From Coleofasciculus sp. B1-GNL1-01 (GTDB lineage Bacteria > Cyanobacteriota > Cyanobacteriia > Cyanobacteriales > Coleofasciculaceae): a stretch of 57,477 nucleotides of DNA. Both the position numbers and the translations under genes were made by a program. The notes under the pieces were generated by a model. It was not told the origin of the DNA and did not search any database. It worked only from the letters and a program-made list of their open reading frames with translations. The first letter of the stretch is position 1. Every line of letters starts with the position of its first letter. Location of the stretch: the NCBI GenBank assembly GCA_040220235.1, contig JAVJTO010000019.1. One strand, 5' to 3'. Of the stretch, positions 30,107 through 41,228 are shown piece after piece.

Positions 30107-30631
30107 TCACCCATCGTCCCCTTGCCGAGAAACAGGAGCATTATCCTGAATTTCCTCATATCGCTCATACTCTTGTTCAACCGTATCCGGATCTGTATCC
30201 TGTTGTTGCAAATCAAGAGCTTTGCGCTCAGAGGGGGGTAAACGATCAAGGGAACGACGACTAGCCCCAGGGTTTTTCCAGGTTTTCCAAGCCGCTTTCA
30301 CACCCGCAACAACGCTACGACTGCTGACTTGGGCTTGTTTCGCCTGATTTTTCGCACCTTTAATACTTTGATCAACTTGTTGCACGACTTGACCCGCGCT
30401 TTTAACGCCTTCATTCATATCGTTGCTCAAGTCACTAATTTCTAAACCCGTCAGACGAATCGACTCTAAAGTAGGCGGTAATTCTCGCCGCAGCGTATCT
30501 GCTAATTTTTCCACACTACGGGCTGCCCGTGCTAATTCTTGCAGCGCGGGTAATGCTGCCACTAAAACAGCCGTCAAGCTAACCGCGACTAATAAAATAG
30601 AGAGTCCGAGCCAAAATAGAGGATCAATCAC
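30107..30631 (-). CDS. DUF948-like membrane-anchored coiled-coil protein
   Basis: MIDPLFWLGLS...ELPPTLESIRLTG. Confidence 0.8.
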   Translation of the reverse strand: MIDPLFWLGLSILLVAVSLTAVLVAALPALQELARAARSVEKLADTLRRELPPTLESIRLTGLEISDLSNDMNEGVKSAGQVVQQVDQSIKGAKNQAKQAQVSSRSVVAGVKAAWKTWKNPGASRRSLDRLPPSERKALDLQQQDTDPDTVEQEYERYEEIQDNAPVSRQGDDG

Positions 30632-30642
30632 CGACCGGTTGC

Positions 30643-30996
30643 CTACACTTGATGATCAGAAACGGACGCGGGTGATTCACTCGCCACGTCCGATTGAGTC
30701 GAGTTTAGTTCGTCTCGTGTCCTGGCGGAAGCCTCTTGTCCCGCTGCGATCGCGTCTCGCAGTCGGGTCAAGGTTCCATCCCAGTTGCGTAGGGCTGATT
30801 CGGAAAGGCGATCGGCTTGTAGTTGTACAGTTGTTGATAGATCTTCGGCTAAATCCGGTAAGGCATCTGTAGATTTTTTCAACAACCGTCGCGTATCCCG
30901 CCCTGAACGCGGGGCAATCAGCAATCCGGTGAGGGTGCCAATCACACTTCCCACAACTAAACCCCCAATAAATACTCCAGCACTCTTTTTTGACAT
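30643..30996 (-). CDS. YtxH-domain protein
   Basis: GLLIAPRSGRDTR motif after a Gly-rich hydrophobic segment. Confidence 0.85.
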   Translation of the reverse strand: MSKKSAGVFIGGLVVGSVIGTLTGLLIAPRSGRDTRRLLKKSTDALPDLAEDLSTTVQLQADRLSESALRNWDGTLTRLRDAIAAGQEASARTRDELNSTQSDVASESPASVSDHQV

Positions 30997-31150
30997 CGTT
31001 TGGTCTCTATCCTTACACCAATTTTAGGCAGATTTGCTCGGGGAATTTGATGAGAAATCCCTGAAGACTCTGCTCAAGAAGACAGATGGCAGCTTATCTG
31101 TGTTCTTGATAGCTCCCTTTTAACATAAAGGGGGACAATTGACGTAAGGT

Positions 31151-31486
31151 TCAGAGTTTGGAAATTTTACCAGGCGATCGCTTTCCCCGACGGCGTCGCC
31201 TAGAGCGATAGGTTTTTTGGATGAACCCCAATACCATCAAGACCCGTTGCACTCGTTGTAGCTGAAACTCTAACTGCTGATAGCGTTTTTTTAAGCCGTG
31301 GACACCGATCTGCCCTCTAGAGATAGCTTGGGGAGCGCCATGTAAGACCCTATATGTACTTTTTTCAGCCCTGGCTACAATGTCAGCTGCTGCCCCTAGC
31401 ACCCGTCGTAGTCTCCAAATCCGCCACGCTATATAAAAACCTAACAGCGATATCAGCAGATTGAAGATGACAACAACAGTTACCAT
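31151..31486 (-). CDS. Conserved hypothetical membrane-anchored protein
   Basis: 111 aa with an N-terminal TM segment, co-oriented with the YtxH gene. Confidence 0.7.
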   Translation of the reverse strand: MVTVVVIFNLLISLLGFYIAWRIWRLRRVLGAAADIVARAEKSTYRVLHGAPQAISRGQIGVHGLKKRYQQLEFQLQRVQRVLMVLGFIQKTYRSRRRRRGKRSPGKISKL

Positions 31487-31612
31487 GTTTTTGGATTGGG
31501 GAAGGAACGGATCGGCTCAATATCAAACAGATGCAAAATCGATTAACTCTAGGCTATTAACCGTTTCACGCTCTACCCAAATCTATATAGTAATAGAGTC
31601 AGCTATTAGGAA

Positions 31613-31685
31613 TGCCAGGAGGCGGACTTGAACCGCCGACACGGGGATTTTCAGTCCCCTGCTCTACCGACTGAGCTATCCCGGC
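31613..31685 (-). tRNA. trnF: tRNA-Phe(GAA)
   Basis: GCCGGGATAGCTCAGTCGGTAGAGCAGGGGACTGAAAATCCCCGTGTCGGCGGTTCAAGTCCGCCTCCTGGCA folds as a cloverleaf; CCA is not encoded. Confidence 0.98.
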
Positions 31686-31927
31686 TTGTTATCCCTTGCG
31701 CTTAACTAAGGTAGCAAACTTAACAAGATTTTGGCAAGTCTGATCACGAATAAATGTGATTTAGTCTACCTCTTGTTGGGTCGTTTAATATTTGCCAAAC
31801 CTTAACTATATACCAATAGCTTACATTAAGCAACTCGATTTACCCATGTCTGAAATCTCCTAGAGCGCCAGTCCAGGTACAGCACTCATTAACACGGTGT
31901 AGTTTAAGCGTCAAGCGATAAAAGCGG

Positions 31928-33799
31928 CTAACTGATTCCGGTTAAACGCCGATTATAGGTATTCATAAAATTCGTAAAAATCTGATTAAGTTGCCCTGTG
32001 CAGCAATCTGTCTGGGTCAGAACCTTGGGAGGGTTGGCAAAGGGTGAAAAAATCTTCCCGATCGCATCTTGATTGAGGGTAGGGAAACGGATGGCAATCT
32101 TCTGGTTACTTACACTTAACACTTGGAACCAAGTAGTTAAGCTAGGGGGGAGTTGAGTACTCAGGCGTAAGGATAAGCTGGGAGTGGAAAGCGATTGGGC
32201 GTAAGCTGGTGTCAAAAAGGGTTGATAACGTTGGGCTTCAGGCGTTAGCTGTTTAATGAAGGCTAAACTCACGCCTCGAAACAGCCGACGCAGTGGTTCT
32301 GCATCTTTATCCGTTAGTTCCGGCACCAAGGTACTGCTGGTTACAGCTTCATTGAGAGTCGCGCGATCGGTGACGCTTAAATGAGTCCCCCCCAGCGCCA
32401 CTACTAGATACTTGAGTCCACTTAACTGATCAAAGGCGCGAAGTTGGTGTTCCAGAGAGGGGGTAATCGCGTCATTGGTTCCCGTTAACAGCAAGGTGGG
32501 AATTTTTACCTCCGCTAGACCCGAACTGCCAAATAAATGTCCAGTAACGGCGTTGAGAGCCATTACCTGAACCACCCGCTGATCGCGTAACTGTACATTG
32601 TCTTCCTGTAAGTCTGTAGCGGAACATTGAAACCAGTCAGCGGGTGAGCGTTCTAGAGGACTACGCTTTTGACAAAACTCTCGTAATTCCTCTAGGTCAA
32701 GTTTTCCTCCGGCTAAGGCTAAAGCTGTGTAGCCGCCTAGGGAATGACCGATAACGGTAACTTGTTCCGTATTCAATTTGCCCCGTAATGATCCATAGCC
32801 TCGATTAATTTTCGCCAGCCGATCCAAGACAAAGCTAACATCCTGAGGACGGTCGATAAACTCCGATGCGGGTAACATCTCTCCAATGCTACTCCTGAGA
32901 GAAACCCCACTAAGCCAACTAAAATTACTGCCGGGATGTTCTATTGCCACAACAGTTAAACCATTCGACGCGAGATGACGTGCTAGGTAGGTTAAAAATT
33001 TGCGGTCAGATCCAAAGCCGTGGGAGAGAACGACCAAAGGTCCTGCAGTATTGCCTACCCAGTAAACATCCACGGGAATAGCCCGATCGCGATCATAATC
33101 CCGTAACCTCAGAGTACGTTCCCGGACATATTGATAACCCGTTACCGTTGGGTCAAAGTCAGCCGCAAACGTTGGCGTATCCGCAACCGTGAGTTCCTGT
33201 TCCAGGATCGGATTAACCACTTGAGATTGTAAGTAAGGTGTATTCATTTGCAGCACGATCGCGATCGCGGATGAGGCATTGATCGTGACAGTCTCTTCTG
33301 GGTAAGCTCTTAAAAAACTGAGTACCGACAATCCATTGGCTTGGCGTGCCGCTAAAAATAGAGCCGCTTTTAACTGATCCAGACTGCTATCGGGCAGTAC
33401 CTTACCAATTTGATCCAGTAAGCGTGCGCCATCGGTGGACAGCAGCAAATCATTGATAAATTTCTCCGCCAGATTCGGGTCGAGTTGCAAGCGTCTGTTG
33501 AGTACCTGCTGGACTTGGGGAGTGAGTAAGGAACGGTAAGGTTTGAGAGTCGGTGGTAACTCACCTGTCTGCGCCCATTCTTCTAGATCCGCGATTTCCA
33601 CCGATTGCTGAAATGGTCCTAATTTTAGGGTGACTCGTTCCGCCGCATTCAGCGGAGTGGCAATTCCCCAAGAAATGGCTACGCCGAATAAAAAAATGTG
33701 TTGTTTAAGTTTTTGGATTAGCCCTCTGGACTTCACTCCTTGTCTAGATTGAGGGTGCCGAGAGTCCTTGCGATCAAACCGATTCACTTGAAACGTCAT
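31928..33799 (-). CDS. Alpha/beta hydrolase with N-terminal DUF1400-type domain
   Basis: SHGFGS, GHSLGG nucleophile elbow and GGTH. Confidence 0.88.
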   Translation of the reverse strand: MTFQVNRFDRKDSRHPQSRQGVKSRGLIQKLKQHIFLFGVAISWGIATPLNAAERVTLKLGPFQQSVEIADLEEWAQTGELPPTLKPYRSLLTPQVQQVLNRRLQLDPNLAEKFINDLLLSTDGARLLDQIGKVLPDSSLDQLKAALFLAARQANGLSVLSFLRAYPEETVTINASSAIAIVLQMNTPYLQSQVVNPILEQELTVADTPTFAADFDPTVTGYQYVRERTLRLRDYDRDRAIPVDVYWVGNTAGPLVVLSHGFGSDRKFLTYLARHLASNGLTVVAIEHPGSNFSWLSGVSLRSSIGEMLPASEFIDRPQDVSFVLDRLAKINRGYGSLRGKLNTEQVTVIGHSLGGYTALALAGGKLDLEELREFCQKRSPLERSPADWFQCSATDLQEDNVQLRDQRVVQVMALNAVTGHLFGSSGLAEVKIPTLLLTGTNDAITPSLEHQLRAFDQLSGLKYLVVALGGTHLSVTDRATLNEAVTSSTLVPELTDKDAEPLRRLFRGVSLAFIKQLTPEAQRYQPFLTPAYAQSLSTPSLSLRLSTQLPPSLTTWFQVLSVSNQKIAIRFPTLNQDAIGKIFSPFANPPKVLTQTDCCTGQLNQIFTNFMNTYNRRLTGIS

Positions 33800-34069
33800 A
33801 ATGCACTGATTTGACTGGGGTGTATGAAAAAAGATCTAGAGTTCCCATTACAGCGACCCAACACCGTCTATATAAGTTTCCCTGACATGGTTATTGCTAC
33901 CGCAAAGAAATGCATACAGGGTACGAGTTGAGCAATCATATCTTTATTCATTGTGAACGAATAGCATCAGTCTTCTAGTTCATCTAAAGATAGAATTTGG
34001 CGTAATCTTGACTTAATTTATTTTTAGACTCTGGGAAGAATACTTATCCTTAGACGTAAGAAATTGATG

Positions 34070-34366
34070 TCACCCCCCATAAGATAGAAACTCTATTTTG
34101 GGAATCAAAGGGTCTTGTACAATCCCTACCCCATGAAATCCCCAGCGTTGGAGTAGTCCTTTTAACTGGGTTCCGGAAACCGACTCAACGGCAAAGCGAT
34201 CGCTCAGATCGGCGGCGTGGGTATTTAGATAGCTGAGGGCTTCAAACCGTTCGCGAAACATCAATAAGTAACCTGCCCCCATCTCACTATCCCTAGCATT
34301 AGGCTGGGCAGCGAGATAGCGACCATCAACTCTGGAAAGAATTAAGTAATAGATTTGGCTAAACAT
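34070..34366 (-). CDS. Conserved cyanobacterial hypothetical protein
   Basis: 98 aa; DGRYL, ALSYLNTH, RWGFxGVGIVQDPL. Confidence 0.75.
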   Translation of the reverse strand: MFSQIYYLILSRVDGRYLAAQPNARDSEMGAGYLLMFRERFEALSYLNTHAADLSDRFAVESVSGTQLKGLLQRWGFHGVGIVQDPLIPKIEFLSYGG

Positions 34367-34371
34367 TTTGA

Positions 34372-34490
34372 TTTGTCATTGGTCATTCGTCATTTGTCAT
34401 TGGTCATTTGTCATTCGTCATTTCTTCTGTAGGGGCGGGTTTCACGACTATCCTGTTTTTCTCTACCCAGATGGGGCTAAACCCGCCCCT
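34372..34490. repeat. STRR array plus REP-like element
   Basis: (GTCATT[T/G/C])n followed by GTAGGGGCGGGTTTCAC...AAACCCGCCCC, similar to 1226-1286. Confidence 0.85.
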
Positions 34491-34509
34491 AAACCTACCC
34501 CTAAATGAA

Positions 34510-35574
34510 TTATTTGAGATTTTCTAGGCGAATGCGTGGGTCAACGAATTTGAGCAGCAAATCAGCAAGTAAGTTACCGACAATCAGCATCACCGCCGCC
34601 ATCATTAAGGCTGCCATCACCAGATAGGTATCTTTAGCGGTGACCGCTTGTAATGTCAATCGCCCTAAACCGGGCCAATTAAAGAAAAATTCAGCAATAA
34701 ACGCACCACTTAACAAACTAGCAAATTCAAAACCTAGGATGGTGATTAGGGGATTAATGGCATTCCGTAAAGCATGGACATAGATGACTCGATTTTCTGG
34801 AAGTCCCTTGGCACGGGCGGTTTGGATATAATCTTGCCGCAAAACATCCAACATTGCCCCGCGTGTAATCCGTTGAAGTCCAGCAAAACTGGTGATCGAG
34901 AGGGCAAGGGTTGGTAAAATCATGTGCCATCCAATATCTAGGACTTTACCAATGGGAGACAAATCGGCATGATTAATACTGGTCATACCCCCCACCGGAA
35001 AAAGCGGTGAAGTGTATTGAGCGATAATCAGCAGCAACAGGGCAGTAATAAAGCTAGGAAAGCCTTGACCGGTATAGCTAATCACCTGTAAAGCGCGATC
35101 GGTAAAGCGGCTTTGCTTGACAGCGGCAATAATTCCTAGCGGAATCGCGATCGCCCAAGTGACGATAATCGAGGAAATGGCAAGCAGTAAGGTGGCGGGG
35201 ATACGTTCCCAGAGTAGAGACGATACGGAACGAAAATAAACAAAACTCTCACCAAAATCTCCTTGAGTCACCACTCGCACCAGCCAGCGCCAATATTGCT
35301 TGTAGGCAGGTTGATCCAAGCCAAATTGCTGTCGGAGTTCCTCAATCCGTTCTGGGGAAATCTTGGGATTTTGCCGCAGGGTATCCAAGTAATTGCCTGG
35401 TGACAATTGAATGATGGCAAAACTGAGGGCAGATGCTAGAAATAAGGTTAATAAGGCTTGCAGGAGACGTTTGACGATGTAGAGAAACGTCTCACTGGTG
35501 ACAATCCGTAGAAACCCCGTCCACGCCTCATCTAAGCCCTGACGAGTTGAAGAATCCGGTGTTGAAGAAGTCAT
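34510..35574 (-). CDS. Peptide/nickel ABC transporter permease (DppB/OppB type)
   Basis: GLDQP...GDFG and EAA loop DYIQTARAKGL...HALRNA. Confidence 0.92.
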   Translation of the reverse strand: MTSSTPDSSTRQGLDEAWTGFLRIVTSETFLYIVKRLLQALLTLFLASALSFAIIQLSPGNYLDTLRQNPKISPERIEELRQQFGLDQPAYKQYWRWLVRVVTQGDFGESFVYFRSVSSLLWERIPATLLLAISSIIVTWAIAIPLGIIAAVKQSRFTDRALQVISYTGQGFPSFITALLLLIIAQYTSPLFPVGGMTSINHADLSPIGKVLDIGWHMILPTLALSITSFAGLQRITRGAMLDVLRQDYIQTARAKGLPENRVIYVHALRNAINPLITILGFEFASLLSGAFIAEFFFNWPGLGRLTLQAVTAKDTYLVMAALMMAAVMLIVGNLLADLLLKFVDPRIRLENLK

Positions 35575-35603
35575 TCGTCCTTTGTCTTTACTGAAGAAAA
35601 TGC

Positions 35604-36122
35604 CTAATACTCAACCAAGGTAACAATCGGCGCATCAGGCAGCTTCTGACGCCCCTGCAAATCCCTTAGTTCGATGATAAAACTAAAGCCCACCAGTTCA
35701 CAGCCAATTTTTTGCACCAGCTTGGCAGTAGCGGCGGCGGTGCCTCCGGTGGCGATTAAATCATCGGCAATCAGAATACGACAACCGGAATCAAAGGCAT
35801 CTTGATGAACCTCTAAGCAATCCATACCATATTCGAGTTCATACTCAATGGTATGCACAGCAGATGGGAGTTTACCCGGTTTACGCACAGGGATAAACCC
35901 AGCGCCGAGTTGATAGGCGAGGGGAGGACCAAAAATAAAGCCACGGGATTCGATACCGACAACATAATCTGGCGTGAGTCCCGCCTGTTTACAGGTTTGA
36001 GCCAGGAGGTCAACAGTGTAGCGTAGTCCCTCTGGGTGGCGCAGCAGGGGTGTGATATCCCGAAATACGATTCCAGGTTTGGGAAAATCAGGGATATCCC
36101 GAATCAGCGACTTTAAATCCAT
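35604..36122 (-). CDS. apt: Adenine phosphoribosyltransferase
   Basis: [26 protein letters not shown] and PRPP motif DDLIATGGT. Confidence 0.97.
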   Translation of the reverse strand: MDLKSLIRDIPDFPKPGIVFRDITPLLRHPEGLRYTVDLLAQTCKQAGLTPDYVVGIESRGFIFGPPLAYQLGAGFIPVRKPGKLPSAVHTIEYELEYGMDCLEVHQDAFDSGCRILIADDLIATGGTAAATAKLVQKIGCELVGFSFIIELRDLQGRQKLPDAPIVTLVEY

Positions 36123-36495
36123 AGGTAGATAAGGTTCTTGAGCAAAGGGTTTAACAATTTAATCAAGGAAGCAGACTGATTGTGAGTTATTGTGCCATGA
36201 TCGCATCGGAAAGGGTGGGTCAATGAGTTGCCATTGGCTACCAGCAAAATCGTACACTAGAAATCTAGAGGGTTTAACAGATGAGACGGGCTATTTCTGT
36301 AAGTGCCTAGCTAATGACCGTATTTTCGTGGCGGCGATCCTATCCAGCCGCAATTGAGGATGACAATAGCTCAAAGTTTTGGTAAATGGCACATAAGCGG
36401 AGATAGAAAAGTCAGTTATCCTACAAATCTCTAATTTAATTGGAAATTCTTTCTGTATAGAAGACGAGTTCACCTACAATCGCTACTTAGATTCA

Positions 36496-37122
36496 ATGAT
36501 TCTTTCTGTAAGCGTAATGCCGACAAACAGTCCTGATGCCCCATCCCATCCCGTCATTTTAGATAATTTACCCGATCCAGGTATCTCAGATCGGGGATGT
36601 CCGTCGCGAAGTCGGCAGCAGATTGACCTGATTTTACTTGCCATTGAAGCGCTGGAACTGGGCGGTTCTGAAGCAATGCTGCTGGTAGCCAAACAGCTAG
36701 AACTTCAGGACATTATCAACAATCGTGTGGTTCTTTGGCGGCTACGCTGCACCAATCCCTTACGACGCTCTCACACGCGCCGCCCGCTGAACCTAGAGGA
36801 AGCCAAAGCCTTAGTGATTATAGCCAGTTATCTGGCTCGCCGGATGACGGTTGTGATCCGACAACTGCTCCTGGCTTATGAACAACTGAGTCAAAAGCAG
36901 GTTCCCATCGAACAACATTTTCGCTTATCTTCCTATCTAGAGCGGTTCCGGGCGCATTTCCGCAGCCGAATGAACCCACGACGGGCAAAGGTTTCTGTCT
37001 ACAATACTGATGAAAAGTTAAATGAGCTAGCCTTGTCGCTGTTAGCGCAGCTGCTGTTTTGTACAGGAACCTCTGGTATGCAGCGATTTTGGATCAGTTT
37101 GTTTGATGGGGAAGTTGGATGA
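36496..37122 (+). CDS. DUF3038-family protein
   Basis: IDLILLAIEAL, LWRLRCTNPLR, LLFCTGTSGMQRFWISLFDGE. Confidence 0.85.
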   Translation: MILSVSVMPTNSPDAPSHPVILDNLPDPGISDRGCPSRSRQQIDLILLAIEALELGGSEAMLLVAKQLELQDIINNRVVLWRLRCTNPLRRSHTRRPLNLEEAKALVIIASYLARRMTVVIRQLLLAYEQLSQKQVPIEQHFRLSSYLERFRAHFRSRMNPRRAKVSVYNTDEKLNELALSLLAQLLFCTGTSGMQRFWISLFDGEVG

Positions 37123-37185
37123 ACGATCCGAACCAGAGTTGAGAGTGTCCGTAGCTATAATGGTGGGTTCCATAGGGGAAAAACG

Positions 37186-38628
37186 ATGACAATTCGACGC
37201 CAGTACAGTTTACCCAACTGTACGCTGATCCTAGAGGGATTAAGTGATACAACCGCAGGGGGGGCAGATCAGCTTGATGCTCGCCCACTGATGACGATTC
37301 TGGTTAATGCAGAATGCCGTTTTATGGGTCAGCCGCAACCCATTAGCGGCGGACGAGATTTTTTTGAGAACCTAGTTCAGTCGGTCAGTCGGTATGCTCA
37401 AGAATTTTTGAGTCATGTCCCTCACCCCCAACTTGATGGCGCTAAACCGCCTTTAGTACAGTTACAATCACTTCCGGATAAAAACTTGCACCGTTTAAAG
37501 GTGGGGCAAACCGCCGAGGCTCTTTCGGGTGTTCCCGCTGATTCCCATAGCGCATCCGGGACTTCTGCGGGAGGGATAGATGGTAAAAACCCTGTACAGC
37601 TTGATTTAACAACAGTACAGCTCTTTGATTTAGTTGAGGCGATCGATCAGTTCCAAGCGGATCAGCGCACGTTGCCTGATCTAACTGTACCCTTACAAGC
37701 GATTTCCCGACGGTATCGCCAAGCTGACAAATCCGTCGCCCAAAGAAGCGCACCTGCTGCGATCGGGGTGACGAGTTTAGCTGTCGCAGCGCTGGCGTTG
37801 TTCTTGGTACCTGTCCCAGAAGTGCGTCCGCCCAAGCCAGCCTCTGAGTCTGAGGTTACGGAAACAATTTCCCCAACCCCGGATAGCCCAGGTCAAGTCA
37901 CCCCAACCCCCACTTCAAATCCCCCGTCAGCGGCTGAACTGGAAAATGAATTAACCTCCAGCCGAGAGATTACAAATCCAACGGAGTTGAGTTATTTGAA
38001 GCGTTATCTGCACAGAGAACTTGATCAAGAATGGGATAACCGGGAAGGGTTAAGTCAGAATTTAGAGTATCAGGTTACGGTTGGCGGAGACGGAGATATT
38101 TTGGGTTATAAGCCGATTGAGGATACGCCTATTGATAGTGCGGCAAATACTCCCTTATCAGAGTTGAGCTATATTCCGACAGACGGCGGTACAGCAACTA
38201 GAGAAACTTTTGCTCTGTTTCGGGTGGTTTTTACCCCAGGCGGTGTGTTGCAAATTAGTCCTTGGCAAGGCTATCAGGAAGAACCTGGTTTAGGACCAGA
38301 AATCACGGATCGCAGGTTACTGAGAGGGTTAAATAATCAACTCTACAACACGTTAGACGAACGGTGGGAAGGAACACCGTTATCACGAAAGCCATTAAAT
38401 TACCGAGTGGCTGTCACGGAAGATGGCACGATCGCAGACTACGAACCAACCAATCAACCCGCTTGGGATTATGTAGCGGAAACACCGTTGGCAGATTTAG
38501 CTGACCCAGAAGCGGCTGGTATTGGCAGTGGGGAAACTGGATTTGTTCCCGACCAACCCTTAGCTCAGTTTCAGGTAGTGTTTAAGCCGAATGGTGTGCT
38601 GGAAGTGAGTCCCTTACGGGGATTCTGA
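37186..38628 (+). CDS. DUF4335-domain membrane protein
   Basis: MTIRRQYSLPNCTLILEG, QLFDLVEAIDQF, a TM segment and a duplicated C-terminal domain. Confidence 0.85.
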   Translation: MTIRRQYSLPNCTLILEGLSDTTAGGADQLDARPLMTILVNAECRFMGQPQPISGGRDFFENLVQSVSRYAQEFLSHVPHPQLDGAKPPLVQLQSLPDKNLHRLKVGQTAEALSGVPADSHSASGTSAGGIDGKNPVQLDLTTVQLFDLVEAIDQFQADQRTLPDLTVPLQAISRRYRQADKSVAQRSAPAAIGVTSLAVAALALFLVPVPEVRPPKPASESEVTETISPTPDSPGQVTPTPTSNPPSAAELENELTSSREITNPTELSYLKRYLHRELDQEWDNREGLSQNLEYQVTVGGDGDILGYKPIEDTPIDSAANTPLSELSYIPTDGGTATRETFALFRVVFTPGGVLQISPWQGYQEEPGLGPEITDRRLLRGLNNQLYNTLDERWEGTPLSRKPLNYRVAVTEDGTIADYEPTNQPAWDYVAETPLADLADPEAAGIGSGETGFVPDQPLAQFQVVFKPNGVLEVSPLRGF

Positions 38629-38708
38629 TGAGAATAAATTTACCCGTTTAACAGGGAACAGCTTTCCTCACTTTAACCCCTAAACTCTCAGGTATCAGTT
38701 TAACCCGG

Positions 38709-38870
38709 TAAAGGGCGACCCGATCCAGATGAGTGGACACAGTTGTTAATTTGTGCGGGTCGCCCTTACAATGGAATATTGGTCTAGCCAAATCAGGTAG
38801 TCTCCATTCATCAAGCTGGGCGGTTTAAACCGCAGCTACACAGACAAAACTCGCTTTCGCGGGTTATAAC
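38709..38870. repeat. REP-like palindromes
   Basis: GTAAAGGGCGACCCG...CGGGTCGCCCTTAC (related copy at 44948-45010); AGCTGGGCGGTTTAAACCGCAGCT. Confidence 0.7.
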
Positions 38871-39242
38871 AACTATAATTTTCTACTATCTCCCAAAATT
38901 TTTATCAAAAAATAGCGGTATTTTTCAAAAATCATGGGGTTGGATGACTTGTATACTTCAAAAACAGGTGTATCAGCTCTTTTGGTTCCGTAACGTCGTT
39001 GCCGTTACCAAATATAAAACTCCTATTAAAAAGGTAATGTCTTAACCTGCCTGAGTAAGGCTATAATGTCTAAGCCATAGGCAGATTGTTGTACCTAAAT
39101 TTGAGATAGGATATTGCTCTTGCCAGTGAGAAACCGACCTACTCCGGCTTGAATTCCAACATGGAGAACGAACGAGAAAAATGCCGCGATCGCGATTCTC
39201 CTGACAGGAGTTTTGAGTCAGGAAATAGTGAAGCTTCTGTTC

Positions 39243-39467
39243 CTAAATCCAAGGAGCATTATCCATCAAAGCATTTAAAATTTTCTGGAAGTTTTGACGG
39301 AACACTACGGCTAATAAACCACAGAATAGTGTAGTGGCTGTCATCACCCACCAAAAGTGAGTGACTTGCCATACACCGCCGAATAGAGCAAAAATAATTA
39401 GTCCAGCACCAGCGCCCCCTACAAACAGTAGAGTTGTTTCTTTAAAGGTGCGTGGTTTTGATTCCAT
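39243..39467 (-). CDS. Small two-TM hypothetical protein
   Basis: GGAGG ribosome-binding site before MESKPRTF; two hydrophobic helices. Confidence 0.65.
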   Translation of the reverse strand: MESKPRTFKETTLLFVGGAGAGLIIFALFGGVWQVTHFWWVMTATTLFCGLLAVVFRQNFQKILNALMDNAPWI

Positions 39468-39576
39468 AAGATTACCTCCTGATCGGAATAGCACTCATTT
39501 TTTTTACGATAACAAGGCGACCGCGCCTTTGCCATAGCGTGAAGTTATTAAAAGAAATGACAACAGTCATTGATGC

Positions 39577-40167
39577 TTAACTCTGCATCGCTTTAACCAG
39601 TGCTGGTCGAGATTGAAGCCGAGAAAAATACGCGGCGATGTTGGTATAGTTCTCAACCAATAATCCCAGACTATTGACTGACAACAAGCTGACAGCCAGC
39701 ATAATATCTGCACCCGTGAAATCGTCTCCGACAATGTAAGTATTATAGGTTAACTCATCGTCAACGAACGCGATCGCGATGTCAAGTTCCTCCCGCATGG
39801 CAGCAACTATCGCAGGTGTGACGGGAGCAAACCGTCGTATAGCATTGACATAGGGGTTGATGGTTCCCTCCGGAAAATGCATCCATTGCAAGTATTTGGC
39901 ACGCGAGGGGGAACCGATTGGTGGCGCCAGACGACCTTCACCATAGCGTTCGATTAAATACTCTATAATTGCGCCCGATTCGCCAATCGTTATCTCGCCA
40001 TCTTCAAGCGTCGGGAACCTTCCCGTTGGCGTTTTTTGCGCGAATAGTTTCCCCTCAACAGGGGGGACAAATTCGACTGATTCCAAACTATAGTCCAAAC
40101 CGAGTTCTTCAAGTAACCAAAGAACTCTCAGAGAGCGGGTCATTGGATTGTGATAAAGCTTGAGCAT
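39577..40167 (-). CDS. Glutathione S-transferase family protein
   Basis: RSLRVLWLLEELG, ESGAI and FTGADI motifs. Confidence 0.93.
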   Translation of the reverse strand: MLKLYHNPMTRSLRVLWLLEELGLDYSLESVEFVPPVEGKLFAQKTPTGRFPTLEDGEITIGESGAIIEYLIERYGEGRLAPPIGSPSRAKYLQWMHFPEGTINPYVNAIRRFAPVTPAIVAAMREELDIAIAFVDDELTYNTYIVGDDFTGADIMLAVSLLSVNSLGLLVENYTNIAAYFSRLQSRPALVKAMQS

Positions 40168-40471
40168 AATACCTCTTCTTTCGTCTATGATGCGAGTGAA
40201 CGAGCCAAATGCAGGCGATAGCAGCGCCTATGCGAGAAGTTGGGCGATCGCAAATTGGGCAACTCCTTGACTAGATGAGGTTCGCCAAACGGATTTGACG
40301 TTGGTGGGATCTTGCGATCGCGTGATCGGAAAAAAGATTTTAACTCGACGTTGGACACGAGATTCCGTCCTGTCTGGGGATCGTCATTCGTCATTCGTCA
40401 TTCGTCCTTTGTAAGGGTTTGATGCTTGTTAATATAACTTCATAAGGTTGAGTTTATTTCCCCCAACCTAC

Positions 40472-41149
40472 TTAGCTATTTGCTGCGGCTTCTCTAATCA
40501 CCTCCAAAACTTCTTTTGCGTGAGAAATGATGGCAAAATGGCTTGATTCTAAAGTAACTGTTTTTGCCTGCATTCGTTTAGACAAATCACGCTGCAAATC
40601 AGGTGGAACAGCCTGATCATTGTTCGCAATAATATACCAGCTTGGTTTAGTTTTCCATGCTGGTACATCTGCCTTTTCTTCTGGTAGCGATGCAGATGGA
40701 GCCGTTTGAGTCGCAGAGATTAATGATGTTTGTTCTGCCGAAAGGTCACCCGCAAGAATCGTTTGTACGCCTTCTTGGGAAATCCAAATATAGCCCTTTT
40801 GCTCTTGAAAATGTGGTGACGGAGATCCATATTGACTCATCAAATCTATCATTGATTCGCCAGCATCAGGGGCAAGGGCGGCAATATAGACTAAGCCAGA
40901 CACTCGTTCATCATTGCCAACTTCGGTAATAACCATACCGCCCCAGGAATGACCAACCAGAATGCATTGACCTTTGATACGAGCTAAAGCACGCTTGGTT
41001 GCAGCAACATCATCAGCCAGGGAAGTGAGGGGGTTTTGAACCGCAATAACGTTATAGCCTTCTGCCAACAACGTCGAAATTATATTACGATAACTCGACC
41101 CATCTGCCCAAAAACCGTGAACCAATACAATATTCTTAATTGTACTCAT
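40472..41149 (-). CDS. Alpha/beta fold hydrolase
   Basis: VLVHGFWADGS, GHSWGG, catalytic D and SSH. Confidence 0.9.
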   Translation of the reverse strand: MSTIKNIVLVHGFWADGSSYRNIISTLLAEGYNVIAVQNPLTSLADDVAATKRALARIKGQCILVGHSWGGMVITEVGNDERVSGLVYIAALAPDAGESMIDLMSQYGSPSPHFQEQKGYIWISQEGVQTILAGDLSAEQTSLISATQTAPSASLPEEKADVPAWKTKPSWYIIANNDQAVPPDLQRDLSKRMQAKTVTLESSHFAIISHAKEVLEVIREAAANS

Positions 41150-41228
41150 ATTTTCCTTTAGCTTTAAGAATCGACTTCTGGCAATTGGAGACGTTCCAGC
41201 GGAACGTCTCTACGGCTAACGGCTATTA

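Noticed and set aside
29941..30264. 102-aa and 66-aa ORFs
   Set aside because: They translate repeat cassettes and overlap the DUF948-like gene.
31613..31685. tRNA-Phe as an island integration site
   Set aside because: No integrase or duplicated tRNA 3' end was seen, and the flanking genes look like core genes.
40185..40394. 69-aa ORF between the hydrolase and GST genes
   Set aside because: It starts in an STRR array; the region is more likely the GST promoter or leader.
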